64,000 bases of DNA. Origin: Octopus sinensis (taxonomy: Eukaryota). Every line of letters begins with the position of its first letter. Within the stretch, counting starts at the first letter, position 1. The notes under the pieces are model-generated. The model made no database searches, had not been told where the DNA came from, and worked only from the letters and a program-made list of their open reading frames with translations. Made by a program: the position numbers and the translations under genes. The stretch is from assembly GCF_006345805.1 (NCBI RefSeq), contig NC_043009.1, forward strand, positions 12,462,001 to 12,526,000, written 5' to 3'. Positions 48,844-61,655 of this stretch are shown piece by piece.

Positions 48844-49703
48844 GCCAAGGCTAGCATATAGGCACGAGGCGATAAGGACCATGCCTTGAGTCTATATGCT
48901 ATAACTTTTCAAAATCCACCACGCTCGCGCGGTTTTTCAGTAGTGTACATATATATATATACATATATACGACTTGCTTCTTTCAGTTTCCGTCTACCAA
49001 TTCCATTCACAAGGCTTTGGTCGGCCCGAGGCTATAGTAGAAGACACTTGCCCAAGGTGCCACGCAGAGGGAATGAACCCGGAACCATGTGGTTGGTAAG
49101 CAAGCTACTTACCACACAGCGTCTCCTGCAAAAAATACAAAATATTTTAACAATATTTTTTATACAATTCCTAACAATATCTAATTGTAAAAATTATAAG
49201 AGTAAAATTACGAATAACAATAGTGAGTAGGATTAAAGCCTTTTGCAGCAACAAACGGCATTTTGACAAGATAAGGCCACATCAGTAAATATTCCCATAA
49301 ATAGGGTAATCAAGTAGGGTCAACAAGAAGGTCAGGCAATTAGTAAAGCGTCTAAAGAACAAGTATTTTTATTGTTTCTTGGTTTATCTTTGGCGTTTAG
49401 CTACTTAGTTTTCTGATTATAGATAAAAGCGTATCCTGGAATCTGACGATTATTAACTAAAGGATGTAAAAAAGCAAAACAGGTTCTGCATATTGACTCT
49501 TCGATACTTTATAACATGAATCCAATTTTAATGCCCGGTTTATTCTTGCACGAGCGAGCATTCCAATTGTCAAAATAATCCAGTATATATAAGGTTATCT
49601 AGGATTACCATAATCTTATGTGTTCTTCCCCTTTTTTAAGACAGCCCGGGTTTTTGAGAGATATTTATTTGGTTTTACTCACAAGACGATCAACCACTTA
49701 TAT

Positions 49704-50001
49704 CAGTGGTTCTCAGACTCCAGATAAGATTTTTAGGGGTACACGCAATAAAATAGCAAATTAGAAATTCCCTACAGTATTTTAAGGGTTCTTGAATTTT
49801 TTTTTTGTTTGTTTTTTGTTTTTTGTTTTAGAGATATGTATTGGTATATATTGCAAGAAGTATCTAGGTTTCTGTCTCTCACATTTTACGCAGTTCAACC
49901 CACTCAAGTTAATGTGTGAAAAACAAAATAGTAATTTTGGGGTCCAGAATAAAATAGTACTCAAAGGGACCTATAAATTAAAAAAGGGTTGAGAACCCTT
50001 G
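49704..50001. mobile_element. hAT-like MITE
   Basis: Termini cagtggttctca / tgagaacccttg; no clean TSD. Confidence 0.55.
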
Positions 50002-50429
50002 ATGTAGAAGCTTTCTCATTGGTTTGATATTCCAGGTAGCGAAATTATATCTCATTCTCATGGGAAATTGTTTTGTGCTTTAGATGTTAACCCTAGTCGT
50101 TTTGCTTAAGTTCTCTAATTGGTCGCATGAGATGACGGTGATTCTACAGTTCAGTAACTGATTTCTTACGTTCTCATCAATGAGGTCGAATTCATTCCTT
50201 TCATAGATGATAAATAGGCATTTATTAACAACGAGCAAAACGCACCCACCCACCCCACCCCCGTCCTGACGGTGCTGAGTTGTCAAACATTTAAACCAAA
50301 TTTTCTCAAAACAACTTGTCCTGCCGTCCCAGAGGCCTCCCCTTTGAGAAACACTGATTTAACCTAAATTTGAGACACCAGCAAAATAAGAAATAAAGAT
50401 AGACTTTTTTTTCTATTCCAAGAAAAATG

Positions 50430-50625
50430 ATTTTACAAATGCACGTTCCCACGGCTTATCGATCGCATTCTCACCTGGAATCGATTTTTGTCATTTTTTC
50501 AAGACTTATACATGCCCTGATACCGTCGGTATCTACATATCAAATTTGAGCGCAAGCGGACGGAGGATGCCCGAGATCCTAGAAGACACACACACACACA
50601 GACAGAACGGATTTTATATAATAGA
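50430..50625 (-). mobile_element. Non-autonomous Helitron 5' fragment
   Basis: Minus strand begins a|tctattatataaaatccgttctgtctgtgtgtg, a typical Helitron-N 5' end with microsatellite. Confidence 0.5.
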
Positions 50626-50904
50626 TAATTAGAATAGTTGAGAAGCAAGATAGCTTGGTGGAATTTAAACAATTTATTAAATGAAGACATTTTAGTGGTT
50701 GAATATATGAATATATGCTACCCTAATCCAGTGTGAACAAACTACCATAATTATAAATACACGTTCAACTGGTTCAGTGGATTGCCGCTATGCTGGGATA
50801 ACACTTTCAAAGGTTTCCGGTGATAATACCGACCCTGATGTTTATTTTTAAGATCGTTATTTACTTTAACGAAATGTATTTGTCGCAACGTTAAATTATG
50901 GGAC

Positions 50905-50990
50905 ACTAGCACTTTGACTCGGCAACGCCGGGTCACAGTGCTAGTGCATGCATATAAAGCTGCCTGCGTGCGCACATACACGCGAGTACT
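50905..50990 (-). mobile_element. 3' end of the same Helitron-N family as 51719-52088
   Basis: 19-bp-arm hairpin plus 45 bp matching 52004-52048 in reverse. Confidence 0.8.
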
Positions 50991-51244
50991 TCTTTGCAGT
51001 TGATTCTTTTATTCCTTTATTCTTTTACTTGATTCAGTCATTTGGCTGCGACCATACTGGGGCACTGACTTGAAGAATTATTAGTCGAATTAATCGACCT
51101 CAGTACTTTTTTTTAAAGCCTACTACTTATTCTATCGGATCTCTTTTGCCGAACCGCTGTGTTATGGGAATGTAAACGCACCAACACCGGTTGTTAAGCG
51201 GTGGTGAGGTACAAACACAAACACAAAACCACACACACACACCA

Positions 51245-51300
<56 letters not shown>

Positions 51301-51553
51301 CATCCTCATCAAGACTTGAAAGAGCCTCTGTATCAACGACTCTCGCTGTGGAGTTGGCGGGGTCCTGGAGTTCTAAAAGATAGGGAGCTGAATTTTTTAA
51401 ATAGGCTGACCTTTTAGGTTGCGAGGAGCCTTAGGCAAGTGTCTCCTACTATAGCCCCAGGCAGACCAATGCCCTGTGAGTGAATTTGGTAGAGGAAACT
51501 GAGAAAGCCATCCATATACGAGTGTATGTGTGTCTGTCTATCTGTTTGTCTTT

Positions 51554-51693
51554 ACGGATATTTGTTCTCATCTTGTTTGTTGTTAACAGGGGGAATTTCG
51601 AACCTGGGTTCTCATTAATCGAACTCGGAATCTTGGGGTTAGTAGCCTGCGCTCTTAAGAGTTCTTGACCACTACGCCATATGCCCGTGGGCA
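51554..51693 (-). mobile_element. SINE family D, internally deleted, hammerhead absent
   Basis: Same head (intact B box gagttcgatt) and tail as 12158-12505. Confidence 0.75.
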
Positions 51694-51718
51694 ATTATGG
51701 AGTGAATTTTAGGGCTTA

Positions 51719-52088
51719 TCTCTCTATATATACACGGCAAAATGTCTGTCAGTGTGTGTGTATCCTTTATACAAATCCACAATTTTTCAGTTAGAGGGCT
51801 TGCACTTTCTATGGTCATTCAAAACCGTCCAAGGGTGGTCGTGCACATCTTTACATTTCCCCAGTCTACCCGCAAAGCCATTAAAAAATCTATAGAAGTG
51901 ACTTTTTTGTGAATTTTCTATCCAAAACCCAATCAAAATGCCCGAAACTTGATAGGTGAATTGAATGCCTGCTAGCTGTATGTGACTGGTCGGAGATTTG
52001 GACAGTACTCGCATGTATGTGCGCACGCAAGCAGCTGTATATTCCTGCACTAGCACTATGACCCGGCAACGCCGGGTCATAGTGCTAG
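51719..52088 (+). mobile_element. Non-autonomous Helitron (370 bp)
   Basis: A|TC 5' end, CTAG|T 3' end, GC-rich terminal hairpin. Confidence 0.85.
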
Positions 52089-53164
52089 TAAATCTAATAT
52101 TTTTCTCTCCTTCTTTGATATCGGTTCCCATATGCTGCTTATATCTGCACTCGGTCTGCTTAGGAGATTGTTGTGTCCTAGCATATGTGCTGCTTATGTT
52201 AGTTTTCGTATTTTCCAACTGTTGTTCTCTGCCTATTATTTTAACTTCATCCCACAGGGAGAGGTGGTCTCCATTTTTCCATGATCAGCTATACCCGATT
52301 TATCAATATCTCCTCGTGTCACAGCTTAAATATAGAACTGAACTAGTGTTCGTTTGTTTATGTCTCGTAACTTGGCGGTTCGGCAAAAAAGCCTTGTGAG
52401 TGGATTTGTTAGACGGAAACTAAAACAAGCCCGCCGTGTGTGTGTGTGTGGTGTGTGTGTGTCCATCATCGCTTGACAATCGATGCTGGTGTGTTTGCGT
52501 CCCAGTAACTTATCGGTTCGGCCGGCAAAAGAGACCGATAGAATAAGTACTAGGCTTACAAAGAATAAGTCCTGAGGTCGATTTGCTCGACTAATAGCGG
52601 TGCTCCAGCATGGCCGCAGTCAAATGACTGAAACAAATACAAGAATTTGCTTCTATCTAGAAATCAAAGGAAATGGTTTCTTTTCCCTTCAAACTTTTCT
52701 TCTGTGTCCTGGCTGCCAATGTCTTGAAACTGACCAATTTTCCATTACATTTGAGAAGCAGAAATATCTTTAGAGCAAATATTCTGCTCAATACCACAGA
52801 TTTGCTCGTCAGTTGGTTGACCTTTGCTACTTGAGCATGTCCCTTAGTGGCAGACAGTATGAGCATCTCTAATCATGAGCAGAAGTATTGGGATGGCAGG
52901 CATCATAACCGTGTGTTGAGAGAGATTCTTTGGGGTTTGAATAAACGTAACAAATGCAAAGCTTGAAGAAAATATTATCCATTTCTTTCGTACTTTCTAA
53001 GGGTAAACAAATAGGAAATAAAAGCTGCTACCCAAGAAAAAAATCAAGTTACACATTATAATACATTAACTCATGTCTTCAAAAAACATGAAGGGTACAT
53101 CCTAGATATGCTTTAAAAGAAAACGGGATAATTATGACTTAAATGGCGTCGGACATTAGTCTTC

Positions 53165-53765
53165 TTATTTCTTTATTGCCCACAAGGGGCTAAACATAGA
53201 GGGGACAAACAAGGACAGACAAAAGGATTAAGTCAATTACATCGAACCCAGTGCGTAATTGGTACTTATTTAATCGACCCCGAAGGGATGAAAGGTAAAG
53301 TCGACCTCGGCGGAATTTGAACTCAGAACATAACGGCAGACGAAATACCTATTTCTTTACTACACACAAGAGGCTAATCACAGAAGAGACAAACAAGGAC
53401 AGACAAACGGATTAAGTCGATTATATCGATCCCAGTGCGTAATTGGTACTTATTTAATCGACCCCGAAGGGATGAAAGGCAAAGTCGACCTCGGCGGAAT
53501 TTGAACTCAGAACATAACGGCAGACGAAATACCTATTTATTTACTACCCACAAGAGGCTAAACACAGAGAGGACAAACAGGGACAGACAAACGGATTAAG
53601 TCGATTACATCGACCTCAGTGCGTAACTGGTACTTAATTTATCGACCCCGAAAGGATGAAAGGCAAAGTCGACCTCGGCGGAATTTGAACTCAGAATGCA
53701 ACGGCAGACGAAATACGGCTACGCATTTCGCCCGGCGTGCTAACGGTTCTGCCAGCTCACCGCCT
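53165..53765 (-). mobile_element. SINE family B trimer
   Basis: Fixed junctions at ~53345 and ~53530; one head at the right end. Confidence 0.92.
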
Positions 53766-54289
53766 TAGAAGCCATAAACAAGAAAGCATAAGTGTTCTTG
53801 GTCATGGCTTACACGGACTAAACAACTACAAATACAATAACAGCTTTAGCAACAACAGCAGAAATAACAAAAACAATATCAACAATCATGAAGAAATACA
53901 TTTTATATCGTTTTGTAAAAATATACATAACATATCTCTGAAAAATAATGACAGAAGTTAGAAATTTCACCTTTCATATTTGATTGAAATTGTGTTAACC
54001 CCTTCACGTTTTTTGCTCAGCAAACTCAACACATTACATTTGAGGGAGGAATGAGCAGAGTATGTGCATCTCTAATCATGAGCAGAAGGGATAGGATGGT
54101 GGGCATCATAACCATGTGTTGAAAGGGATTTTGCGGGGTTTTTAATAAATGAAACAAAGGCAAAGTTTGAAGGAAAGAAATATTAGCCATTTTTTCATAC
54201 TTTCTAATGATAAGCTATTTTATTGTTTCTTGCTATTTTACAAGCTTTTCTTTACCAACAAAATATGTATCTGCCGCGATCACTTTTTT

Positions 54290-54635
54290 TTCTTTCTTTT
54301 TTTCACTCTAGGCACAAGGTCCGAAATTTTGGTGGGTGGGGGCAAAGTCGGACCTCGGCGGAATTTGAACTCAGAACGTAAAGACGAACGAAATGCCTAT
54401 TTCTTTATTACCCACAAGGGGCTAAACACAGAAGGGACAAACAAGGACAGACAAACGGATTAAGTCGATTATATCGACCCCAGTGCGTAACTGGTATTTA
54501 TTTAATCGACCCCGAAAGGATTCTGAAAGGCAAAGTCGACCTCGGCAGAATTTGAACTCAGAACGTAACGGCAGACGAAATACCGCTAAGCATTTCGCCC
54601 GGCGCGCTAACGTTTCTGCCAGCTCACCGCCTTTA
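54290..54635 (-). mobile_element. SINE family B multimer, partial
   Basis: Junction at ~54395. Confidence 0.85.
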
Positions 54636-55139
54636 CGTTTTGAGTATGGTATAGTGATATAGTTTGTACAATAGTTTCTTTTATGGCATAATTCGAAATT
54701 CATTTTACTTCGTTTATTTATTTATTCATTTATTTATTTATTCATTTATTTGAGATGCAGATAATGAAGAAAGCCTCATGCTCAAAATTCAATCCGCTTT
54801 TTTCTTTTCGTTTTCTTTCATTTTTAAAGTAACAAGTTTCAAGTTTTTTTTTTTTTTTTTCCATTTACCAGATTCAGAGGGACAGGATGAACCCTCAAAT
54901 ATATAACATAGTATTAAATAAATAACGGTCTCTGAATTTGGCACAAGGCCAGCAATTTTGAAGGAAGGAAGGTTAGTCGATATCAATGACCCCAGTACTT
55001 GTTTTATCGACCATGGAAGAATGAAAGGCAACAATGCTGACCCCGGCGAGAATTCATCTCAGTGAACATTAAATCCTTAATAACAATTGAAAAATTGTCG
55101 TGTTTGTGTAAAGTTAATACTATATGTTCAAGTTGTCGA

Positions 55140-55619
55140 GCATAGGTATGGCTGTCTGGTAAAGAAACTCGCTTTACAGCCACGCGGTTTGAGTTCAGTC
55201 TCGCTACGCGGCACCTTCTACTATATCCTAGTACTTATGGGTGGATTTGGTAAACGGAACCTGATCGTATGTATGCATGCATGTATGTATGTATGTATGT
55301 ATGTATGTATGTATGTATGTATGTATGTATGTATGTATGTATGTATGTATGTATGTATGCATGCATGCATGCATGTATGTATGTATGCGTGTGTGTATGT
55401 ATGTATGTATGTATGTACGTACGTACGTATGTATGTATGCATGCATGTATGTATGTATGCATATATGTATGTATGTATGTACGTACGTACGTACGTATGT
55501 ATGTATGTATGTATGTATGTATGCATGTATGCATGTATGCATGCATGTATGTATGTATGTGTGAACGTATGTATGTATGCATATATGTACGTACGTACGT
55601 ACGTATGTATGTATGTATG

Positions 55620-55650
<31 letters not shown>

Positions 55651-56487
55651 TGTTTTGAGGGGTGTGAAACCACCTTTTAGCCAGTGTTGTTCCAAGTTTA
55701 GTCTGACCGGAGTCGTAGAAGCTGTCCGGGTCCCAGTTATGAGTTAACTAGCATATGTGATGCCAATCCAGCTGAGTGCCGAAATACCCTTGTTTAGTGT
55801 CAGGGTGCACAGTAAAATCACCGGGTGTGTAGGATCCTTAAGCTGTTGTCCCAGCATCCTTCCAGAAGAAAGACTCTGTTGTAAAACATACAGGTTCGCG
55901 TGATTGCTGGTCATCTCGCTTCAGCCTGTCACTAATGCAAAACCATGAAACTCAGAGCGTGGCACTTGTGTTGTACCAGCGTTTATCTCTATAATCCACT
56001 GATGTACTAATGTCTCTTTATGGTTAGCTTATTCCTTGTTCCGTCGACTGAAAACCTTATGGCAACGGCAAAGTGGTGACGTATGCAGATCTAACGCAGG
56101 TTACAGCTTTTGTCTGTCGTCAATGCTTCGCGCTAAGCAAATCTACAACAGTTTGGACGGAAAGTTAGAAATGCTATTGACAATGAGGAAGCACAAAGAG
56201 ACGGCATTCATCTGTGAAGATGGACCAATCACGTGTATGTATGTATGTGTGTATGAATGTATGTATGTATGTATGTAATGCATGTATGTATGTATGTATT
56301 ATGTATGCATGCATGCATGTATGTATGTAATGCATGTATGTATGTATGTATGTATTATGTATGCATGCATGCATGTATGTATGTAATGCATGTATGTATG
56401 TAATGCATGTATGTATGTATGTATGTATGCATGCATGCATGTTTGTTTGGCACGCATACACGCACACACACACACACACACGCACGC

Positions 56488-56521
<34 letters not shown>

Positions 56522-56710
56522 GCAAACATACCGCTTGACAACCAGCGTAGGTTTGTTTACATCTCTATAACTTATTGGTTTGGTAAAAGGGTGCGATAGA
56601 ATAAGTACTAGACTTTAAAAAATAAGTACTGGGGTCGATTTATCCAACTGAATCCTTCAAGGCGGTACCCCAGCGTGGCCGCAATCCAATGACCGAAAGC
56701 AAGTAAGAAA
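55140..56710 (+). mobile_element. SINE family A split by (TATG)n tracts and a ~580-bp insertion
   Basis: Head at 55140-55262, 3' half at ~56520-56710. Confidence 0.75.
55650..56233 (-). mobile_element. Degenerate insertion within (TATG)n, possibly an RLE-LINE fragment
   Basis: Non-repetitive block flanked by (TATG)n on both sides; only faint broken similarity (RFA..AL, PLC.C) to RLE-LINE zinc-knuckle regions. Confidence 0.3.
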
Positions 56711-57576
56711 TAGAAAATGACAGATCCCATATTTCTCGGCGCCAATGGTACTATTTATTTCTTAGCAAACTCTCAAGAATTTAACTTCCAGCCTCGGGTA
56801 CGAAGGTCACATCTTTTGTCAGCCAATTTTAAACACTTGGGATGATTATCAGTACTAGACTTAAGGTGTCTTTGTATAGGGAACAGGTGCACACAGTAAC
56901 AGGCCAACAGGATCAATATGTCGCTGAACCACAAATAAAACTTATTGGTAAAGTATGTGAAAGTACTGAAACTTTTTCAAGTCAAAATTGGGGTACGTAA
57001 TCAGGGTGGTAATATAAAAGACTAAGTCATTTCCCTTAAGGAAGCTCTGTGTCCAACTATTGAAAGAGGAAGGAGGTTGACTGATTATGACAAATGTTTT
57101 TGATCACAGATATACATTTTTCTTGTCCCCCTCACCTGACAGGATTTCAATGCAACAATACATTATGTAGAACTGGTACGGGGATAGTTTATCTTACTTC
57201 AAGAAATTCAACATTTTGGAAGATCACATTTTTAACCAATTATAAAGTTTTAAATACAATTTGTTTTCAAGAAACCTTCACAAAGTCAACAGTTTCAGAT
57301 GAAAGACTTCAAAGTGGAATATTTTAAACTCAAATTAGGGTCGTGCACATAACCCAGATTTTAGGCTGAATATTTGTCCATTTGTCCAAGTATCTCTGAA
57401 ATTCCTGGCTGTTTCCTGAGAGTTTAGCCATACATTTATTCTTCCAAGACTTCAAAGATGAAGCTGTTAGGCTTGAATAAGAGCTAAAAAACAAAACAAA
57501 AAAACTTCAATGAAACAAAATAAAATTACACAGATATATATATATACAAACTCAAACACATATATGCATACCTATA

Positions 57577-57805
57577 TACGGGGCGGGGGTGCTGAAAAGT
57601 AACTGGTTTTATGGTATCGCGAAAAGCCTGGTTGGGGGCCCAACCTTCTGAGTTCTTTTACAGGGCTTAGAAGAACTGCAGGTCCCCTGGAATAAGGTAT
57701 GAATCTGAGAGGAGAATATGTTGAGTAAAATCATAATTAACTGATTCTCCTGTATTTTCTTTTACCCAAAACCAGGAACTTTTTCAGCCCCACCCCACCC
57801 CTGTA
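57577..57805 (+). mobile_element. Mariner-derived MITE
   Basis: Third copy of the family; ggtgctgaaaag / ggaactttttcagcccc ends. Confidence 0.75.
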
Positions 57806-57826
57806 CATATCCACCAATATACTTAT

Positions 57827-58016
57827 AGTCGCCATGATAGATCGTTAACCACTACACACATTTTTTTTCTCACCTTGTTTTTTCTGTGTCCCATTCTGTA
57901 GAAGAGCGTAGGCTCGAAACGTAAAAGACTTTTTATATTCCTGAGCGTTATACTAATACATCTGTTTGTTTTGTACACCACCCGTCTTCGTCTTTTGTTT
58001 TTTTTCGTAAACTCTC
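57827..58016 (+). mobile_element. 190-bp hammerhead-bearing mini-element
   Basis: Exact 13-bp direct repeats ccaatatacttat (57814-57826, 58017-58029); CUGUAGA-a-gagc-gtag-gctc-GAAACGUA at 57896-57923. Confidence 0.75.
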
Positions 58017-58329
58017 CCAATATACTTATTATTTGGTTTTGTGTTCTAAAGAAGTGAAAGTAAGTTGGAAGAGACAACAGTGACATGCCATCATTTCATA
58101 TATGCAACGTCTGACACAACCGATGTATAGAACATACCTACGTCTACTTTATATAACAAGGAAAGCCATACATATATTTTACGAAAGATGAAAATAATCT
58201 CATTTACAATGATGGACGAAATGTGTTTTACAAATAGTTTTTCCTAAATTCTAAATATGTTTCGCTGTATCCGCTCATGAAGATACGTGAAAAAAAGCGC
58301 CACTAATTACACATTGTCATCTAGTGGAG

Positions 58330-58410
58330 GCACAATGGCCCATTGGTTAGGGCAGCGGACTCGCGGTCGGAGGATCGAGGTTTCGATTCCCAGACCGGGC
58401 GTTGTGTGTA
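58330..58410 (+). mobile_element. SINE family C head
   Basis: Matches the 9786 and 19827 heads. Confidence 0.8.
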
Positions 58411-59046
58411 ATTAAAATAAGAATATTCAAGTAACGTTGATTCATATGTTGTGACAAGGGAAAACGAAAAAATGCAATAATGGGAAGGAGAGAAACAACA
58501 ACAGTAGAATGACGAAATAAACACCAAAACAATGGAAATGAAAGAAAACAAACAATATAAGGAAGTCGGTTAATATTTTGAACGAATACAACATTTTAAT
58601 CATATCAGCAATGTTTCCAGACAACAGTATTATTATTTCCCCACCCACCGGAAATCCTCTGAAGAAATTTTCGTTCTTGCGCATCCTGTTTTATGTTTGT
58701 TTGACTAATTCTTTTTTTTCTTTTTTTCTTTTTACTCTCTGATAAATACGTTTAACAGGCCGTATCTTCCATTATGGTCGTTAGTAAATTAGTTGAACAT
58801 AGACGTCAGTAAAGAATTTCTAGTATCACAGATGTGTTGTAATATATCAAGTTAATACAGGCTGAAAGAATAAGGACTGTTGTCTACATTGCACTCTGAC
58901 CACATATGTGCATACCGATATATCTACTTTTGACTAAATCAAGCAAAATATTATTTCCAGTTATTTATTTTATTGCCTCTGAGAAAATGAAAAGCAAAAT
59001 TGACCCTTTCTGAATTTAAAACGCGTGAGATGAAATCCAGTACTCT

Positions 59047-59118
59047 TAGCCAATATATTATCATTAGCCAATATATTATCATTAGCCAATATATTATCAT
59101 TAGCCAATATATTATCAT
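59047..59118 (+). repeat. 18-bp minisatellite, 4 perfect copies (tagccaatatattatcat)
   Basis: Direct reading. Confidence 0.97.
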
Positions 59119-59346
59119 TGGCCCAATTAAGGAGCATGTAGATGATAACCTAATTTACTTCAAATAGAAACAACACTCACATCACAACAAACTGCCGTCG
59201 AAAAAATTGGTCAATGTGACTTGAATATAGAAAAAGATAGGATGGTCATAGCTGGAACATTCTAGTGCTTCAAGGATGAGCTTCACTGGCCTCAGATATG
59301 ATGTTACTAATTTTTCGCTATGATGGTATGGGTTGGATATATTTAT

Positions 59347-59936
59347 ATACGAGACAGTAACGAAGCTAAAGCATGCAGAGTGAAGCCGCTTGGCAAAGAT
59401 TGACCTTGACCTCTTCTGCGCATGCGCACTGACTTTTAACGTTCTAGGTCATTTCTGCTGTTTACAGCAATACTTAGAAGGAACGTGTGTAGCGTGTGAT
59501 CGTCACATTGACCATGACCAAGACAGTTGTCATCGCGATACCTGCTCAGAGGCCTACCCAAATTTACAGAAAGTGTATGGAGAGGAGTGTATGAACCGCA
59601 CACAAGTGTACATGTGGTTAAGCCGTTTCCAAGATGGCTGAAAATGCCTATATTGACAAACGTTCTGGGAAACCCACAACCAGCAGAACTGAGAAAAACA
59701 TCACAGATGTGCATGCAGCTGTGAAGGGAAATCATCGAATCACCCACCGTGAGTTATCAGAGGATATACAGATTAGTTACGGTTCACTTCAATCCATTAC
59801 CACTGAAGATTTGGATATGAGATGCATGTCTGCCAAGTTTGTGTCAAAACAGATTTCAGCAGACCTAAAAGACTCTCGAGTTTCAGTTGCACAAGATGTC
59901 CTTGATTGTGTTGAGAACAATGAAAACTTTGCATAA
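59347..59936 (+). mobile_element. Mariner 5' fragment
   Basis: LQKVYGEECMNRTQVYMWLSRFQDG...RSGKP...RITHRELS...SAKFVSK (HTH and WVP-like linker), frameshifted. Confidence 0.9.
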
Positions 59937-59954
59937 GCCTCTGAGTAGATATCA

Positions 59955-60064
59955 CCAAGGTAGGTAGAATGGTAGGTAGATAGGTCAGTTGGTAGGTAGG
60001 TAGGTAGGTAGTTAGGTAGGTAGGTAGGTAGGAAGGTAGATAGGTAGGTAGATAGGTAGATAGG

Positions 60065-60113
<49 letters not shown>

Positions 60114-60201
60114 GGATGGATGGATAGACAGACAGGCAGGTAGACAGACAGATAGACAAACAGACAGACACACAGACAGATAGATAGACAGACAGACAGA
60201 C

Positions 60202-60269
<68 letters not shown>

Positions 60270-60385
60270 GATAGATAGATAGATGGATGGATGGATAGAC
60301 AGACAGGCAGGTAGACAGACAGACAGACAAACAGACAGACACACAGACAGACAGACAGACAGACAGACAGTCAGATAGACAGATA
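59955..60385 (+). repeat. (TAGG)/(TAGA)/(CAGA) compound microsatellite with internal duplication
   Basis: Direct reading; variant block repeated at ~60110 and ~60285. Confidence 0.95.
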
Positions 60386-61389
60386 TGATGAGTTATAATT
60401 CCTTCAGTTTCTTCACCTCACTCTCTTTAATGCAGGAATACACCATTGGTCATACTGTTGGTTGTATGGAACATACAGGATGTAATACTCCTATAATGAT
60501 TGGTTACATTCCAAGCATACATGTTAATAACATTATTTAAAATATTAATTAGCAGTCATTGGTATCTATGGCAGATATGTCATGTGAATAACTGGATAAG
60601 TATTTTGTTTTGTTTGTTGTTTTTTCTTTTGCATTCTTAAGTATTATAAAATTTGCTGAATCATGCGGTGGTTCTCTGCAAACAAACAGTCACCACAGTC
60701 CAAAATAGGGGCCTCTATGTGGTTACTCAACATGTGAGAAATATCCAGTAAGCCTCCCTAAATCTGCACCCTAACATCTTTAGAAAAGAAAGAGATGTTA
60801 TGTGATGTGATCTCAGGTGCTTATGACTAGGAAGAGGATTGGATGGTCCAGGCTGGAATGCACCTGAATTTAGGATTAAACAAAAATGACAAATGGACAT
60901 CCTGCCAATTATAATCAAGATCCGTGTTGAAATAATTTGTGTTGGATCTACACGTGAACAGGCCAAAACAGAAAGTGTAGTAATGCAATGATTCTCGTGA
61001 TGGGGTCAGGCAGGCTTTATCTGTGAGACCCTGAAAAACCAGTCATCATAACAGGCCAAAATATTCTACCTATTTTAAGTTCAAACTGGCTAGATCTAGC
61101 TTCTTACACCTATACTACAATGTCATTATAAAAATAAACAATCACATCTTTGAAATCACAAAGCAACAAGATAACGTATGATTCATTCAAAATAATGTGA
61201 ATAAAATAAGCCTTGCTTTGACAGAGTAATCTGAATGCTGGAGGGCTTAGATGGTTTTAAGGGTTTCCTTTTTGTATTTGTTTTTTAAGGTTCTTGAAGT
61301 GAACTTGTGTGTTGAAACAGATTTTGTCATATCTTAGGGTCATTATGCTAATTAATAAACACATGCACTGGTTCTTTTTCTCTCCTTTT

Positions 61390-61655
61390 ATTAGTTAGTT
61401 AATTAGTTAGTTAATTTTTGGCTCAAAAAGCAAAAAGCAAGGCCATGTAGGGGGACATGGAGTTATGTACAGGGTGGTGTTCATGTAAAGAGTTCAGGCC
61501 ACTTGAGGTCAAGGGAGACTTTGAACAAAGCGGTCGTCGGCATCTTCACCATCTCGTCTGGCAGCTTGTTCCACGGATCCGCAACCCGGACGGAGAAAGC
61601 CCCTCTCCTTCGATTGAGATGAAATTGTCGCAGATAGAGCTTTTCGGAACCCATC
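61390..61655 (-). mobile_element. CR1-clade LINE 3' end
   Basis: KLYLRQFHLNRRRGAFSVRVADPWNKLP...FKVSLD, then UTR and a (TAAC)-like tail. Confidence 0.88.

Noticed and set aside
58240-58290. Minus-strand ...catgagc...gcgaaacat as an eighth hammerhead
   Set aside because: CUGA core is broken and no helix I is evident.
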